NCBI GenBank assembly: GCA_963844585.1
Contig: CAWJOV010000001.1
Location: 40,312 to 104,311 of the forward strand
Reading direction: 5' to 3'
From: an uncultured Solirubrobacterales bacterium
Lineage (GTDB): Bacteria > Actinomycetota > Thermoleophilia > Solirubrobacterales > Solirubrobacteraceae
DNA length: 64,000 bases
Under the pieces are notes generated by a model, which was not told where the DNA came from, did no database searches, and worked only from the letters and a program-made list of their open reading frames with translations. The position numbers and the translations under genes were made by a program. Of this stretch, positions 1 to 10,183 are shown piece after piece (the first letter of the stretch is position 1; the number at the start of each line of letters is the position of its first letter).

Positions 1-135
1 GACGTGCCAGGGTTTGTCGTGCCGGGTACCTCAAGCTCGACGCACGCCACGAAGGCGATGGGGTCGATGCGGTAGAAGCCGGCGATTTGAGGCACCGTGT
101 TGGTCGCCAGCTCATGTACCGCTGGGCCTGGCGGT

Positions 136-807
136 TTAGCGCCAGTGCGGCGCCGCCGTCAGCAGCGCCGCGACCTCCTCGTCGGAGGTTGGGCTGAAGT
201 CCTCGTACCACAGTCCGATCGCCCACATGTCCATGGGCATGTGCACGCAAACCACATCGTCAACCCACCCGCGGGCCGCGCGCGCCGACGCCGCGGCTGC
301 AACCGGCACCGCCAGGGTCAAACGTGCCGCGCCGCGCAGGCGCAACGAGCGTGCGGCGGCCTGCGCGCTGTGACCGGTCGCCAGGCCGTCGTCGACGAGC
401 ACCACCGTCCGTCCGGCGACCGCCAACCGACTGCGCCTGGCGTAGCGGCTGGCCGACCGTTCGGCCAGCTCGCGCCGCGCGCGCTCCACCGCTGCGTCGA
501 GCCCGGCGGGGTCCAGCCGGAGCCGTCGCACCGATTCCTCGTCGATGACGAGAACGTGATCCTCGGCGAGTGCTCCGATCCCGTACTCAGGGTTGCCGGG
601 CGCTCCGATCTTGCGCACGAGCACAAGGTCGAGCGGGGCCTCGAGCGCGCGTGCCACCTCGGCCGCCACAGGCACTCCCCCGCGCGGGATGCCCACTACG
701 ACAGGGTTCTCGGGGCGAAGATCGCCGAGCAGCGCCGCCAGGCGGCGCCCTGCGTCGCGGCGGTCGGCCCACTGCGGACTGCTACTGGTCGAGCTCGCGC
801 CTTGCAT
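136..807 (-). CDS. phosphoribosyltransferase-family protein
   Basis: 223-aa ORF with a PRPP-binding type motif VVLVDDGLATGHS and an upstream IPRGGVPVA loop. Family-level call only. Confidence 0.65.
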   Translation of the reverse strand: MQGASSTSSSPQWADRRDAGRRLAALLGDLRPENPVVVGIPRGGVPVAAEVARALEAPLDLVLVRKIGAPGNPEYGIGALAEDHVLVIDEESVRRLRLDPAGLDAAVERARRELAERSASRYARRSRLAVAGRTVVLVDDGLATGHSAQAAARSLRLRGAARLTLAVPVAAAASARAARGWVDDVVCVHMPMDMWAIGLWYEDFSPTSDEEVAALLTAAPHWR

Positions 808-1093
808 AACATCTCACCCGGCAAAGCCGGCGCCAACCATCGTCTCCGCTTGGCGACGCCGGGATCTATCACGATACGAGGACACTCAGAATGGCCTCCA
901 GAGAACAGGGCAGCAGCCCACTGAATGTCGCGGACGACGGCCGTCCTGCGGGAAATCCCTGATATCGATCGCGGGCTTTGGCTGATGCCGGGCGGTCGAG
1001 CGGAGGGGAGACTGTGCGAGCGTGGGTGGACCCCGCACCCGAGGTCGCTCGGCGGCCGACCGCAACTTGTCCAAGCGCTGAACTGGAGATCAC

Positions 1094-1606
1094 ATGAGCG
1101 ACAGGCCCGTTTTCATCTACGCCGCAACCTATTCCGATCCAGCCGGCGCCGAAGCGGATTACGACGCCCTCGTCGAGCTGCACGCGGCGAAGCTCGTGGG
1201 CACCTACGACGTCGCCTTGGTCACCAAGGACGCCGACGGCAAGGTGCACGTCAAAAAGCATGAGAAGCCGACCCAGCATGGGGCCTGGGGAGGTATCGCC
1301 GTTGGTGCAGTGGTTGGGGTTGTGGCGGCGCCGGCGATCATCCCTGCGGCACTGGTCGGCGGTGTCATCGGCGGGCTCGGTGGACACTTCAAAAAGGGCA
1401 TCTCGCGGGGAGACGCCAAGGAGCTGGGCGACCTCATCGAAGCGGGCCAGGCGACGCTGCTGGTGATCGGCGAGTCGCGCCTGGAGGAGCAGCTCGACAA
1501 GCTGCTGACGCGCGCCGAAAAGTCGATCGAAAAGGAAGTTGACGTCGAGCGCGAGGACCTCAAGCGCGAGCTCGACCAGGCGGAGAAGGAGAACGCCGCA
1601 GTCTAG
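1094..1606 (+). CDS. small membrane protein (DUF1269-like, Gly-zipper TM)
   Basis: 170-aa ORF with GGAG upstream of the ATG. Central Gly/Ala/Val-rich hydrophobic segment GGIAVGAVVGVVAAPAIIPAALVGGVIGGLGG, followed by a charged coiled C-terminus. Confidence 0.55.
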   Translation: MSDRPVFIYAATYSDPAGAEADYDALVELHAAKLVGTYDVALVTKDADGKVHVKKHEKPTQHGAWGGIAVGAVVGVVAAPAIIPAALVGGVIGGLGGHFKKGISRGDAKELGDLIEAGQATLLVIGESRLEEQLDKLLTRAEKSIEKEVDVEREDLKRELDQAEKENAAV

Positions 1607-1689
1607 CGCTCAACTCGCTGCACCGCGGCTAGCGCGCAGCCAACAGCAGTGCCCGGGCATCCCAGTGGCGACGTGCCAACATCCAGCGC

Positions 1690-3348
1690 ATGACAGCGAC
1701 GCCGAGCGCAGGGGGTGGTGAGGACTCAGTCGTCTGGCGGGTGTTGAACGCGGCGGAGATCGCCGAGATGGCGTCGTTCGGCAGCGAGCGCGCGACGGAG
1801 GCCGGGGATCTGCTGTTCCAGGCGGGAGAGGCGTCATACGATCTGTTCGTCGTCCTCGAGGGCGGGGTGCAAGTCGTGCGCTGCGACGGCAGCGACGAGG
1901 TCGTCGTCGCCGAGTTCGGGCCGGGCGGGTTTGTCGGCGAGCTGACGCTGCTCACCGGCCAGCGGCGCTTCCTGACCGGTCGCGTCTCGCGGCCGGGCCG
2001 CGTGCTGGTGATCGAGCAGAAGGAGTTTCGCCGGCTGATGAGCCTGCGGCCGGCGCTGGGCGAAGTCATCTTCAGCGCGCTGGTGGCGCGGCGTGAGTTC
2101 CTGCGCTCCGGCCAGGGGGCTCGCGCGATCCGGATCGTCGGGTCGCGGTACTCGGCCGAGGCGATGAGCCTGCGGGCGTTCGCCGAACACTCGCGTCTTG
2201 CCCACACCTGGATCGACATCGAGGATGCCGAGGATGTGGACAGCCTGCTCGCCGGCATGGGTGTGAGTCCGCGCGATATCCCCGTGGTGGCAACTCCCAC
2301 CGGGATGCTGCGTCGCGCCACGACGGCCACCTTTGCGGAGTACCTCGGACTCACCTTCCAGCCCACTCCCGGGTTCATCTTCGACCTCGTGGTGGTGGGT
2401 AGCGGTCCGGCTGGGCTCGCAGCCGCCGTGTATGGCGCATCGGAGGGGCTGCGCACCGTCTCGCTGGACGCGGTTGCGATCGGCGGCCAGGCCGGCGCAA
2501 GCTCGCGCATCGAGAACTACGCCGGCTTCCCCAACGGCATCTCCGGTGGAGACCTCACCGCCAGGGCGGCTGTCCAGGCGTTGCGACTGGGCGCGCGGCT
2601 GAACGCGCCGTGCGAGGTGGTGAGCCTGAGGGCAGAGGGAAGCTTTCACGTAGTCATTCTCAAAGATGGCAGCGAGATCCCGACGCGCGCGGTGATCGTC
2701 GCCTCCGGAGCCCGCTACAGGCGGTTGGCGGTGGAGGATCTGGAGCGCTTCGAGGGCGCCGGCGTGTACTACGCGGCAACCGATCTGGAGGCACGCGTCT
2801 GTGGTGGGTCGTCGGTGATGGTGATTGGAGGCGGGAACTCCGCGGGGCAGGCCGCCATCTACCTGAGCCAGAGCAACTGCGGTGTCACGCTGGCGATCCG
2901 GCGCGAAGATCTAACGCAAACCATGTCGCAGTACCTGATCGAGCGAATCGAGGCCGACCCGAGCATCGACCTGCTCACCGGTGTGGAAGTCCATGGTTTG
3001 GCCGGTGGGGATCGTCTGGAGCAGGTGACGCTCGGCCATCTCTCGACCGGCGAACGTCACGCCATCCCCTGTACGGGCTTGTTCTGCTTCATCGGTGCGC
3101 GTCCCGCGACTGCATGGCTGGGGGACGGCGTGCTGCTCGACCCGGACGGATTCATCCTCACCGATCGTCAGCTCTCGGGGCCGCTGGGGGCAGACACCTC
3201 TACTCCGCTTCCATTCGAGACCTCCGCGCCAGGGGTGTTCGCCGCCGGCGATGTCCGTCGCGGCTCGATGAAGCGAGTCGCGGCCGCGGTGGGCGAGGGA
3301 TCGAGCGCCGTGCGCTCAGTCCATGAGCGCCTCGCCAGTCAGGCTTGA
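1690..3348 (+). CDS. cyclic-nucleotide-binding domain fused to thioredoxin-reductase-fold FAD oxidoreductase
   Basis: N-terminal cNMP-type barrel (FGPGGFVGELTLL). Two Rossmann motifs (VVVGSGPAGLAAA, VIGGGNSAGQAA) and FAAGDVR near the C-terminus. The position of the TrxR CATCDG motif reads AATDLE, so there is no redox disulfide. Confidence 0.8.
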   Translation: MTATPSAGGGEDSVVWRVLNAAEIAEMASFGSERATEAGDLLFQAGEASYDLFVVLEGGVQVVRCDGSDEVVVAEFGPGGFVGELTLLTGQRRFLTGRVSRPGRVLVIEQKEFRRLMSLRPALGEVIFSALVARREFLRSGQGARAIRIVGSRYSAEAMSLRAFAEHSRLAHTWIDIEDAEDVDSLLAGMGVSPRDIPVVATPTGMLRRATTATFAEYLGLTFQPTPGFIFDLVVVGSGPAGLAAAVYGASEGLRTVSLDAVAIGGQAGASSRIENYAGFPNGISGGDLTARAAVQALRLGARLNAPCEVVSLRAEGSFHVVILKDGSEIPTRAVIVASGARYRRLAVEDLERFEGAGVYYAATDLEARVCGGSSVMVIGGGNSAGQAAIYLSQSNCGVTLAIRREDLTQTMSQYLIERIEADPSIDLLTGVEVHGLAGGDRLEQVTLGHLSTGERHAIPCTGLFCFIGARPATAWLGDGVLLDPDGFILTDRQLSGPLGADTSTPLPFETSAPGVFAAGDVRRGSMKRVAAAVGEGSSAVRSVHERLASQA

Positions 3349-3797
3349 GCTGGAGTAGGCTGGCGCCGGTGCAGCCCAACCGCTCGATCCCGCAGGCAGC
3401 CGTCATCCCGGTGCTGATCTACCCGGAAGTTCGCGAGGCGGTCGAGTGGCTCGGGCGAGCCTTCGGTTTCGCGGAGCGAGTGCGCATCGGCGAGAACCAC
3501 CGCGCGCAGCTGAGCTTCGGAGACGGCGCGGTGATCGTCGGCGATGTGCGCGGCGATCGCCGGCCGCCGCGGACGGGCGAGGTTACCCACTCGGTGATGG
3601 TGCGCGTGGAGGACGCGCGCACACACTGCGAGCGGGCGCGCGAGCAGGGCGCGCGCATCGTGATGGAGCCAACCGACTTCGAGTACGGCGAGCGCCAGTA
3701 CACCGCCGAGGACTTCGCCGGTCATCAGTGGACGTTCTCGCAGACGCTCCGTGATGTTGCCCCCGAGGAGTGGGGCGGGATCTTGTTGGGCGGATAA
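3345..3797 (+). CDS. VOC/glyoxalase-family protein
   Basis: 150-aa ORF. The TTG start overlaps the upstream stop (TTGA); an alternative GTG lies at 3369. VIPVLIYPEVREAVEWLGRAFGF is typical of VOC beta-alpha-beta-beta-beta modules. Confidence 0.6.
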   Translation: MSWSRLAPVQPNRSIPQAAVIPVLIYPEVREAVEWLGRAFGFAERVRIGENHRAQLSFGDGAVIVGDVRGDRRPPRTGEVTHSVMVRVEDARTHCERAREQGARIVMEPTDFEYGERQYTAEDFAGHQWTFSQTLRDVAPEEWGGILLGG

Positions 3798-3847
3798 GAC
3801 CGATCGATCTGAGTCTGGATGCACCGATTCCGGGACTTTCCTTCCGA

Positions 3848-4390
3848 TCAAACAACCAGCCGGCCGGTATGCAGTAGTTCGTCAAGTGTGTCGGCTACGG
3901 CATCGGCGGTCTGCGCTCCGGCATCGATGACGTGAGCCTCGAGCGGACCGAGATCCGTGAACTCGCGCGAGAGACGCTCGATGATGGTCGCATCGGACAG
4001 CCGGTCTGGCGCTCGGTCTCTGACTCTCGATTGGCAGACGGATAGTGGTGCCCGCAGCACGGCGTAGGCGACGGTGTGGCCTGCCCCGCGCAACGAGTCT
4101 CGCACCTGTGGAAGGAACCACCTGGGGCTGATGATCCCGTCGATGATCGTGAAATAACCAGCCTTGGCATAGTCAGCCGCGACGCTGGCGAGGATGTTCA
4201 TGACGGTTGTGTTCTGCTCGTGCGACTCGGGCTTCCACGGCTCGATGTAGCCGGATTGGATGAAGTGGAAGAACTGGTCCGACTCGAGATGCACGGCGCG
4301 CTCTGCTTTGGCGGCGAGCAGCCGGGCCACGGTGGTCTTGCCCGAGCCCGGGGTTCCGGTGAGGATCATGATGGGATGCGCGTCAGGCAT
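3848..4390 (-). CDS. P-loop kinase/NTPase-family protein
   Basis: 180 aa with Walker A GTPGSGKTT at the N-terminus. Size and layout match small-molecule kinases. Substrate unknown. Confidence 0.6.
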   Translation of the reverse strand: MPDAHPIMILTGTPGSGKTTVARLLAAKAERAVHLESDQFFHFIQSGYIEPWKPESHEQNTTVMNILASVAADYAKAGYFTIIDGIISPRWFLPQVRDSLRGAGHTVAYAVLRAPLSVCQSRVRDRAPDRLSDATIIERLSREFTDLGPLEAHVIDAGAQTADAVADTLDELLHTGRLVV

Positions 4391-4408
4391 ATCGTCGAGC
4401 TGAGTCTC

Positions 4409-7003
4409 CTACTCGCTGGCCAGCGCGCTCAGCACGTCCAGCCGCGCGGCGCGGCGGGCGGGGGCCTGGGCGGCGAGCAGGCCGGCGAGCGCGGCGGCGA
4501 TCAGCAGCAGGATCAGCGTGCCTACCGGGATCGAGAGCACGTAGCCCGAGCCCGACAGCGCGAAGATGGTGACGAGAACTGCCCCCACGACCCCGATCAC
4601 GAGCCCGAGGATGCCGCCGATCATCGCGGTGATCAGCGACTCGTAGCGGATCATCTGGCGGATCTGGCGGCGGGAGGTGCCGATCGCGCGCATCATCCCC
4701 AGCTCGTGGGTGCGCTCGTAGATCGAGAGCACGAGCGTGTTGACGATGCCGAACAGCGACACGACCACCGACAACGCGAGCAGCACGTAGACGAGCAGCA
4801 GGAACTTGTTGACTTTGCTGTTCTGTTCGCTGGTGTACTGCGCGGCGGTCTGGGCGTGGGTCTGCGGGAAGCTGTGGCGCAGCAGCGCGTGAACGGAGCC
4901 CTCCACCGCAGCGCCGTCGGCGCCGGGGGCGTAGGTGAGGAAGTCCACCCCGTCTTCGCGCTGCCCGAACGCCGTGCGCGCCAGCGAGCGCGAGATCGTG
5001 AGGTTGGAGAGCAGGCCGATCACTTCTTCTTTCACCACGCCCGCGATCGTCAGCGTCAGCCTGTGCCTGGAGGGCGTCAGCACCGACAGGCGCTGCCCGA
5101 CGCGCAGGTGGTGGGCGCTGGCGAACTTCTTCGTGACGATCGTGCCCCCCTGCCCGAGCGCCGCGAGCGTCGCCGCCGAGCCCTGTTCCCATTCGATCTT
5201 GTACATCTTCCCGAACGATTCGGGCTCGATCGCGGTGACGCGGCTTTCTTCGTCGATCACCGGCGCGCCCGCTTGCGCGAGGTCACGCACCTTGGCCTTC
5301 GTGAAGGCGATCGCGGTGACTGCGCCCACGCCGTGAATTGTCCTGAGCGCCGGCGCCACCGTCGCGGGGACGCCCCCTTGGCCTTGAGTGTTCTGCACGA
5401 TCAGGTTGCCCGCGAAGGAGCGGTTGACCGCACGGTCGATTGTGGCGTTGGTGCCGGCGGCGAGCACCGAGATGAAGGCGACCAGTCCCAAGCCGACGGT
5501 CAACGCGAGCGCGGTCACGAGCGTGCGGCCGGGCTGGCGGATCGAGTTCTCGCGCGCGAGGCGGGCGGTGATCCCGCGCCAGCTCACCAGCCAGCCGATC
5601 GCGCCCGCTAGCGCCGGCACGACCCGGTAGTGGCGGGGCGGGCGCTCGCCGGGACGCCGCAGCCGCGCCCACAGGCGCCAGGCGCGCAGGGCGAGCACCA
5701 CCAGGACCAGTAGCGCGATGCCGCCGCCGATGACGATTCTCACCCCGATCACGATCACGAGGTACAGCGCGAAGCGGAGCACCAACGCCCGCCGGGTGGG
5801 TAGCGGCCGGGGCGGGATCTGCACGCCCTCGCGCATCGCCGCGATCGGCGGCACGCGCGTGGCGCGCAGCGCCGGGAAGAAGCCCGCGAGCACCGTGACG
5901 GCGATGCCCACGCCGAGCGAGACGATCACGGTGCGCGCCTCCAGCACCGTGCCGTTGTCGGGCAGGTCGGCGCCGAACGCCTTGAACAGCCCGTCGAGCG
6001 CCGGCGCCAGGAGGATTCCGCCGAACAGCCCGATCACCGCTCCCACGATGCCCAGCAGCAGCCCTTCCTCGACGACCGCGCGCATGATCTGCCTGCGCGA
6101 GGCGCCGAGTGTGCGCAGCAGGCCGAACTCGCGGGTGCGCTGGGCGACGGTGATCGAGAAGGTGTTGAAGATGATGAACGCCCCGACGACCAGCGCGACG
6201 TAGGCGAAGATCAGCAGGAAGGTGCGCAGGAAGCCGAGCTCTTCTTCGAGGTTGGAGGTTTGGTTGGCGGCTTCTTCGGCGCCGGTGCGCACCTTCAGCG
6301 TCGCCGGCACGGCGGCGCGGACGCGGGCGGCCAGTTCCGTGGGCGCGATGCCGGGGCTGGCGGCGACGTTGATGCTGTCGTATACGCCCGGTTCGCCCGC
6401 GACGTACTGCGCTTGGCTGGGGATCAAGAGCGCGACGGTGGTGCCACCGAAGGATTCGCTGCCGGCGAACTTGGTGATGCCCGCGATCGTGTAGCGCCGT
6501 GCGGGCAAGCGGCCGGCGATCACGATCTGCTGGCCGAGCCGCAGGTGGTTGCGCGCGGCGCTCGCCTGATCGATCGCCACCTCCCCGGCGGTGCGCGGCA
6601 GATGGCCCTGTGTCGCCGTGAAGGCCTCGAAGCGCGGAGGCTGCAGGGCGTCGATGAGCGACGGTGCACCGCCGCTGGTGAGCCGCTTGCCGCTGGTTGT
6701 GAGCAGCGCCGCGTGGCTGGAGATGGCGCCCGCGGCCGCCGCCACGCCGGGCACCGTGCGCACGCGGGCGAGCGTAGCCTGGTTGAGCACGGAGGCTTCC
6801 GAGCCGCCCAGCGTTTCCTTTTCGGTGACGACCACCGCCTTGTTGGCGTAGGCACTGGAGAAGACTTCCGCAAAAGCGTGGTTGATCGTGTCGGTGAGGA
6901 TGTAGGTGCCGGCCATCAGGGCTACGCCCAGGGCGATCGCGATCGCCGTCAGCAGCACGCGCAGCTTGCGCTGCACAAAGCCGCGCAGCACCAGCTTGAA
7001 CAT
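4409..7003 (-). CDS. ABC transporter permease, duplicated FtsX/MacB-type
   Basis: 864 aa with two FtsX-like 4-TM modules separated by large extracytoplasmic domains. Sits directly downstream of the ATPase gene. Confidence 0.85.
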   Translation of the reverse strand: MFKLVLRGFVQRKLRVLLTAIAIALGVALMAGTYILTDTINHAFAEVFSSAYANKAVVVTEKETLGGSEASVLNQATLARVRTVPGVAAAAGAISSHAALLTTSGKRLTSGGAPSLIDALQPPRFEAFTATQGHLPRTAGEVAIDQASAARNHLRLGQQIVIAGRLPARRYTIAGITKFAGSESFGGTTVALLIPSQAQYVAGEPGVYDSINVAASPGIAPTELAARVRAAVPATLKVRTGAEEAANQTSNLEEELGFLRTFLLIFAYVALVVGAFIIFNTFSITVAQRTREFGLLRTLGASRRQIMRAVVEEGLLLGIVGAVIGLFGGILLAPALDGLFKAFGADLPDNGTVLEARTVIVSLGVGIAVTVLAGFFPALRATRVPPIAAMREGVQIPPRPLPTRRALVLRFALYLVIVIGVRIVIGGGIALLVLVVLALRAWRLWARLRRPGERPPRHYRVVPALAGAIGWLVSWRGITARLARENSIRQPGRTLVTALALTVGLGLVAFISVLAAGTNATIDRAVNRSFAGNLIVQNTQGQGGVPATVAPALRTIHGVGAVTAIAFTKAKVRDLAQAGAPVIDEESRVTAIEPESFGKMYKIEWEQGSAATLAALGQGGTIVTKKFASAHHLRVGQRLSVLTPSRHRLTLTIAGVVKEEVIGLLSNLTISRSLARTAFGQREDGVDFLTYAPGADGAAVEGSVHALLRHSFPQTHAQTAAQYTSEQNSKVNKFLLLVYVLLALSVVVSLFGIVNTLVLSIYERTHELGMMRAIGTSRRQIRQMIRYESLITAMIGGILGLVIGVVGAVLVTIFALSGSGYVLSIPVGTLILLLIAAALAGLLAAQAPARRAARLDVLSALASE

Positions 7004-7094
7004 CAGCCGAGACCTCGGTGCGTCAACCTATGGTGGGTCCGGGTTATCCCCGCGCAGGGGTCCCGGACGATCGACCCGGCACCGTCCTGGAACA

Positions 7095-7856
7095 TCACCC
7101 CACGGCCTTCATCAGATCCAGCGCCTGCTCGGCGCTCGTTGCCTCGCCGTCGTGCACGATCCTGCCGTCGGCCAGCACCAGCAAACGGTCGGCGAACGAC
7201 GCCGCGTGCGCGTCGTGGGTGACCATCACGACCGTCTGGGAGAAGTCGTCAACGGCGTGACGCAGCAGTTGCAGCACGTCGCCGGAGGATTTGGAGTCGA
7301 GGTTGCCGGAGGGCTCGTCGGCGAACACGACCGCGGGGCGCGAGATCAGCGCGCGGGCCACCGCCACACGTTGCTGCTGCCCGCCGGAGAGCTCCGCGGG
7401 GCGATGGCTGAGCCGGTCGCGGATGCCAACCCTGTCGATCAGCCGATCGAACCACTCGCGGTCAACCTCGCGCCCGGCGATCGACAGCGGCAGCAGGATG
7501 TTCTCCTCGGCGCTCAGCACCGGCAGCAGGTTGAACGTCTGGAAGATGAAGCCGATGCGGTCGCGGCGCAGCTGCGTGAGCGCGCGGTCGTCCAGCCCGG
7601 TCAGCTCCACGCCGCCGACGCCCACCGTGCCCGTGGTCGGACGATCGAGCCCGGCGAGCAGGTGCATCAGCGTCGACTTGCCCGACCCCGACGGGCCCAT
7701 GATCGCCGCGAAGCGGCCCGCGGGGAAGTCCACCGTGACCCCTGCCAGCGCGTCGACTGAGGCTTCGCCCTCGCCGTAGCGGCGGCGCAGGTCGTGGGCC
7801 TGCACGATCGGCTGTGAGCCATTGTCGGACGATGTCAACGGTTGGCTGGGGGGCAT
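7095..7856 (-). CDS. ABC transporter ATP-binding protein (MacB/LolD class)
   Basis: Walker A GPSGSGKST, signature LSGGQQQRVAVARAL, Walker B VVFADEPSGNLD. Confidence 0.9.
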   Translation of the reverse strand: MPPSQPLTSSDNGSQPIVQAHDLRRRYGEGEASVDALAGVTVDFPAGRFAAIMGPSGSGKSTLMHLLAGLDRPTTGTVGVGGVELTGLDDRALTQLRRDRIGFIFQTFNLLPVLSAEENILLPLSIAGREVDREWFDRLIDRVGIRDRLSHRPAELSGGQQQRVAVARALISRPAVVFADEPSGNLDSKSSGDVLQLLRHAVDDFSQTVVMVTHDAHAASFADRLLVLADGRIVHDGEATSAEQALDLMKAVG

Positions 7857-7865
7857 CCCGCCATG

Positions 7866-9572
7866 TTATGCGCCGGCACGGAAAGCATGCGCATGTAGGG
7901 CCGATTTGGCCGGTGCAGATGCGGGGGCGAGCGTACCCCACAGGTGCTGCAGCGCGTAGGCGCGCCACGGCCGCCAGCGCTCCGCCAGGCGCGCCGCCTC
8001 GCGCGGCGTGCACCCGCCGCCGAGCGCGGGATCGGAGCGCCCGAGCGCCGCCAGCGCGTGGCGCACGCCGAGGTCGGTGGGCAGGAACGCGTCGGGGTCG
8101 GCGAGCGCGCGCATCGCGATGTACTCCACCGTCCACGGCCCCATGCCGGGGAGCGCGAGCAGACGTGCGCGCAGCTCCTGGCGGTCGCTGCCCGAGTCGA
8201 TCGCAAGCTCTCCCTCGGCGAGCAGTCCCGCCAGCGCCTGCAAGGTGTGGCGCCGGCGCGCGGGGCCGCCAGGCAGCTCCTCGGGTGCCGCAGCGGCGAT
8301 CGCGGCGGGAGACGGGAATAGGTGCGTGAGCGTGCCGTCGGGCGCGGGCAGCGGCTCCCCGAGCGTCTGCGTAAGGCGCGCGGCGGCGGTGCGCGCGGCG
8401 GGCACGGAGATCTGCTGTCCGAGCACGGCGCGCACCGCGAGCTCGGCTCCGTCCACCGCCCCGGGCAGGCGCAGCCCGGGTGCGGCGTGCACCAGCGGCG
8501 CGAGCAGCGGATCGCCGGCGAGATGCTCGGCCGGCGCGGTCGGGTCGGCGTCGAGGTCCAGCAGGCGCCGGCAGCGCTGCACGGCTGCGGTCAGGTCGCG
8601 CAGGTCGAAGAGGCGCAGGTGACACTCGATCGCCCCGTCTACGGGGGTGAGCGCGACGACGCCGTGCCCGTGGGGCAGGCACAGGGTGCGCCGGTAGCAC
8701 CCACCCACGACCTCCTCCACGCCGGGCACGGCGCGCATGCCGAGGAAGCTCAGCAGCCGTCCCCAGTCGAGTGGCTCGCGGTAGGTGAGACGTACGGTGA
8801 GCGGGATCTCCTCGGCGGCTGCGCCCGTACCGTCGCGAATCGCGGTAGGGGCGGGCTGGGAAAGGGAGGAGGAAGGGGAGGGTTGGTTGTCGTGTGGTTG
8901 GGCGGATGGGCGAGGTCCGATCGCTCGCCGAGCCCGACGTCCATTGGCGGCGGCGTCCCTGTTCCCGGTGCGACGGCGACTCGCGTGCGCTTTCTGCCGC
9001 AGCTCTGTTGGAGTGCGCCCGTACACCGCACGGATCGTGTCGTTGAACTGACGCACGCTCGCGAAGCCGGCCGCGAAGGCGACGTCGATCAGGCGCAGCG
9101 ACGTGGTCTCGATCAGGATGCGCGCCGTCTGTGCCCGCTGCGCACGGGCGAGCGCGAGTGGGCCCGCTCCGAGCTCGGCCGTCAGCTGGCGCGTGAGATG
9201 GCGTTCGCTGTAGGCCAGCCGCTGGGCGAGTCCGCTGACGCCCTCGCGGTCAACGATCCCGTCCGCGATCAGCCCCATCGCGCGCGCCGCCAGATCGCCG
9301 CGGCGATTCCACTCCGGCGAGCCGGGCACTGCGTGCGGGTGGCAGCGCAGGCAGGCGCGAAAGCCCGCGCTCTGGGCGGCGGCCGCGGTGGGGTAGAAGC
9401 GCACGTTGCGGCGCTTGGGCACGATCGCGGGGCAGCTCGGGCGGCAGTAGATCCCGGTGGAGGTGACCGCTACGAAGAAGCATCCATCGAAGCGGTGGTC
9501 GCGGCTGCCGAGCACGCGATAGCGCGCGTTGAAGTCCTCGGTGTCGGGCGTGTCGATGATGCTCATGAACAT
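7866..9572 (-). CDS. Ada-like regulator fused to AlkA DNA-3-methyladenine glycosylase II
   Basis: N-terminal Zn-Cys cluster (YCRPSCPA...CLRC), an AraC-type HTH, a low-complexity linker, then an HhH-GPD glycosylase core (LPGMGPWTVEYIAMRAL). Confidence 0.8.
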   Translation of the reverse strand: MFMSIIDTPDTEDFNARYRVLGSRDHRFDGCFFVAVTSTGIYCRPSCPAIVPKRRNVRFYPTAAAAQSAGFRACLRCHPHAVPGSPEWNRRGDLAARAMGLIADGIVDREGVSGLAQRLAYSERHLTRQLTAELGAGPLALARAQRAQTARILIETTSLRLIDVAFAAGFASVRQFNDTIRAVYGRTPTELRQKAHASRRRTGNRDAAANGRRARRAIGPRPSAQPHDNQPSPSSSLSQPAPTAIRDGTGAAAEEIPLTVRLTYREPLDWGRLLSFLGMRAVPGVEEVVGGCYRRTLCLPHGHGVVALTPVDGAIECHLRLFDLRDLTAAVQRCRRLLDLDADPTAPAEHLAGDPLLAPLVHAAPGLRLPGAVDGAELAVRAVLGQQISVPAARTAAARLTQTLGEPLPAPDGTLTHLFPSPAAIAAAAPEELPGGPARRRHTLQALAGLLAEGELAIDSGSDRQELRARLLALPGMGPWTVEYIAMRALADPDAFLPTDLGVRHALAALGRSDPALGGGCTPREAARLAERWRPWRAYALQHLWGTLAPASAPAKSALHAHAFRAGA

Positions 9573-9677
9573 CAGTATGAGGGACAGGGCTAGCGGAAAT
9601 CAGACACCGACGCTCCCCACATCTACCCCGTCCGATTTCCGCCAGCATCCGGCGCCTGCGGGTGTCAGAGTAGGGGC

Positions 9678-10163
9678 ATGAACTACACAACGATTGACAG
9701 CCCAGTCGGAGCGCTGCTGGCCAGCGCCGACGCCGCGGGGCGGATCACCGGCCTGCACTTCAACGATGGCCATCGCCTACCGGCGCGCGACTCGAGTTGG
9801 GTGCGCGACGAGGAGGCGCTCGCGCCGCTACGCAGCCAGCTGGAGGAGTACTTCGCTGGCGAGCGCCGCGAGTTCGACCTCGACCTCGCCCCCGGCGGCT
9901 CGCCGTTTCAGCTCAGCGTGTGGCGCGAGCTGCAGGCGATCCCCTACGGCGAGACCGCCTCTTATGGCGAGATCGCCGCCGCCGTCGGCCAGCCCGGCGC
10001 GGCGCGTGCGGTCGGGGGTGCCAACAACCGCAACCCGATCGCGATCGTCATCCCCTGCCATCGCGTGATCGGCGCGAACGGCACCCTCACCGGCTACGGC
10101 GGAGGGCTCCCCCGCAAGCAGCAGCTGCTCGCGCTGGAGACCGGAGCGATGGTGCTGGCCTAA
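9678..10163 (+). CDS. ogt: methylated-DNA--protein-cysteine methyltransferase
   Basis: 161 aa with active-site IPCHRVIG and the downstream GYGGG motif. Divergent from the ada-alkA gene. Confidence 0.9.
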   Translation: MNYTTIDSPVGALLASADAAGRITGLHFNDGHRLPARDSSWVRDEEALAPLRSQLEEYFAGERREFDLDLAPGGSPFQLSVWRELQAIPYGETASYGEIAAAVGQPGAARAVGGANNRNPIAIVIPCHRVIGANGTLTGYGGGLPRKQQLLALETGAMVLA

Positions 10164-10183
10164 GACGCATATATTTCGAGGCG

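Noticed and set aside
1-135. A possible 3' end of a minus-strand gene at the window edge.
   Set aside because: Too short and motif-free to assign a frame or product.
97-924. A 275-aa plus-strand ORF overlapping the PRTase gene.
   Set aside because: It is antisense to an ORF with a clear PRPP-binding motif, and its translation is Arg/Ala/Gly-rich without motifs.
4076-5611. Long off-frame or antisense ORFs, such as 4076..5611(+). Others of the same kind: 7462..8700(-), 31424..33799(-), 55723..58095(-), 60658..62592(-), 19153..20253(-).
   Set aside because: All overlap genes with clear family motifs in another frame. Their translations are Arg/Ala/Pro/Gly-rich with no motifs. Such ORFs are expected because stop codons are rare in high-GC DNA.
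9797-10183. A 5' extension of the pyrB ORF running through ogt.
   Set aside because: The extension is an Arg/Ala-rich out-of-frame read of ogt. PyrB homology begins at MPRHLISIDQ (ATG 10184), 20 nt after the ogt stop.
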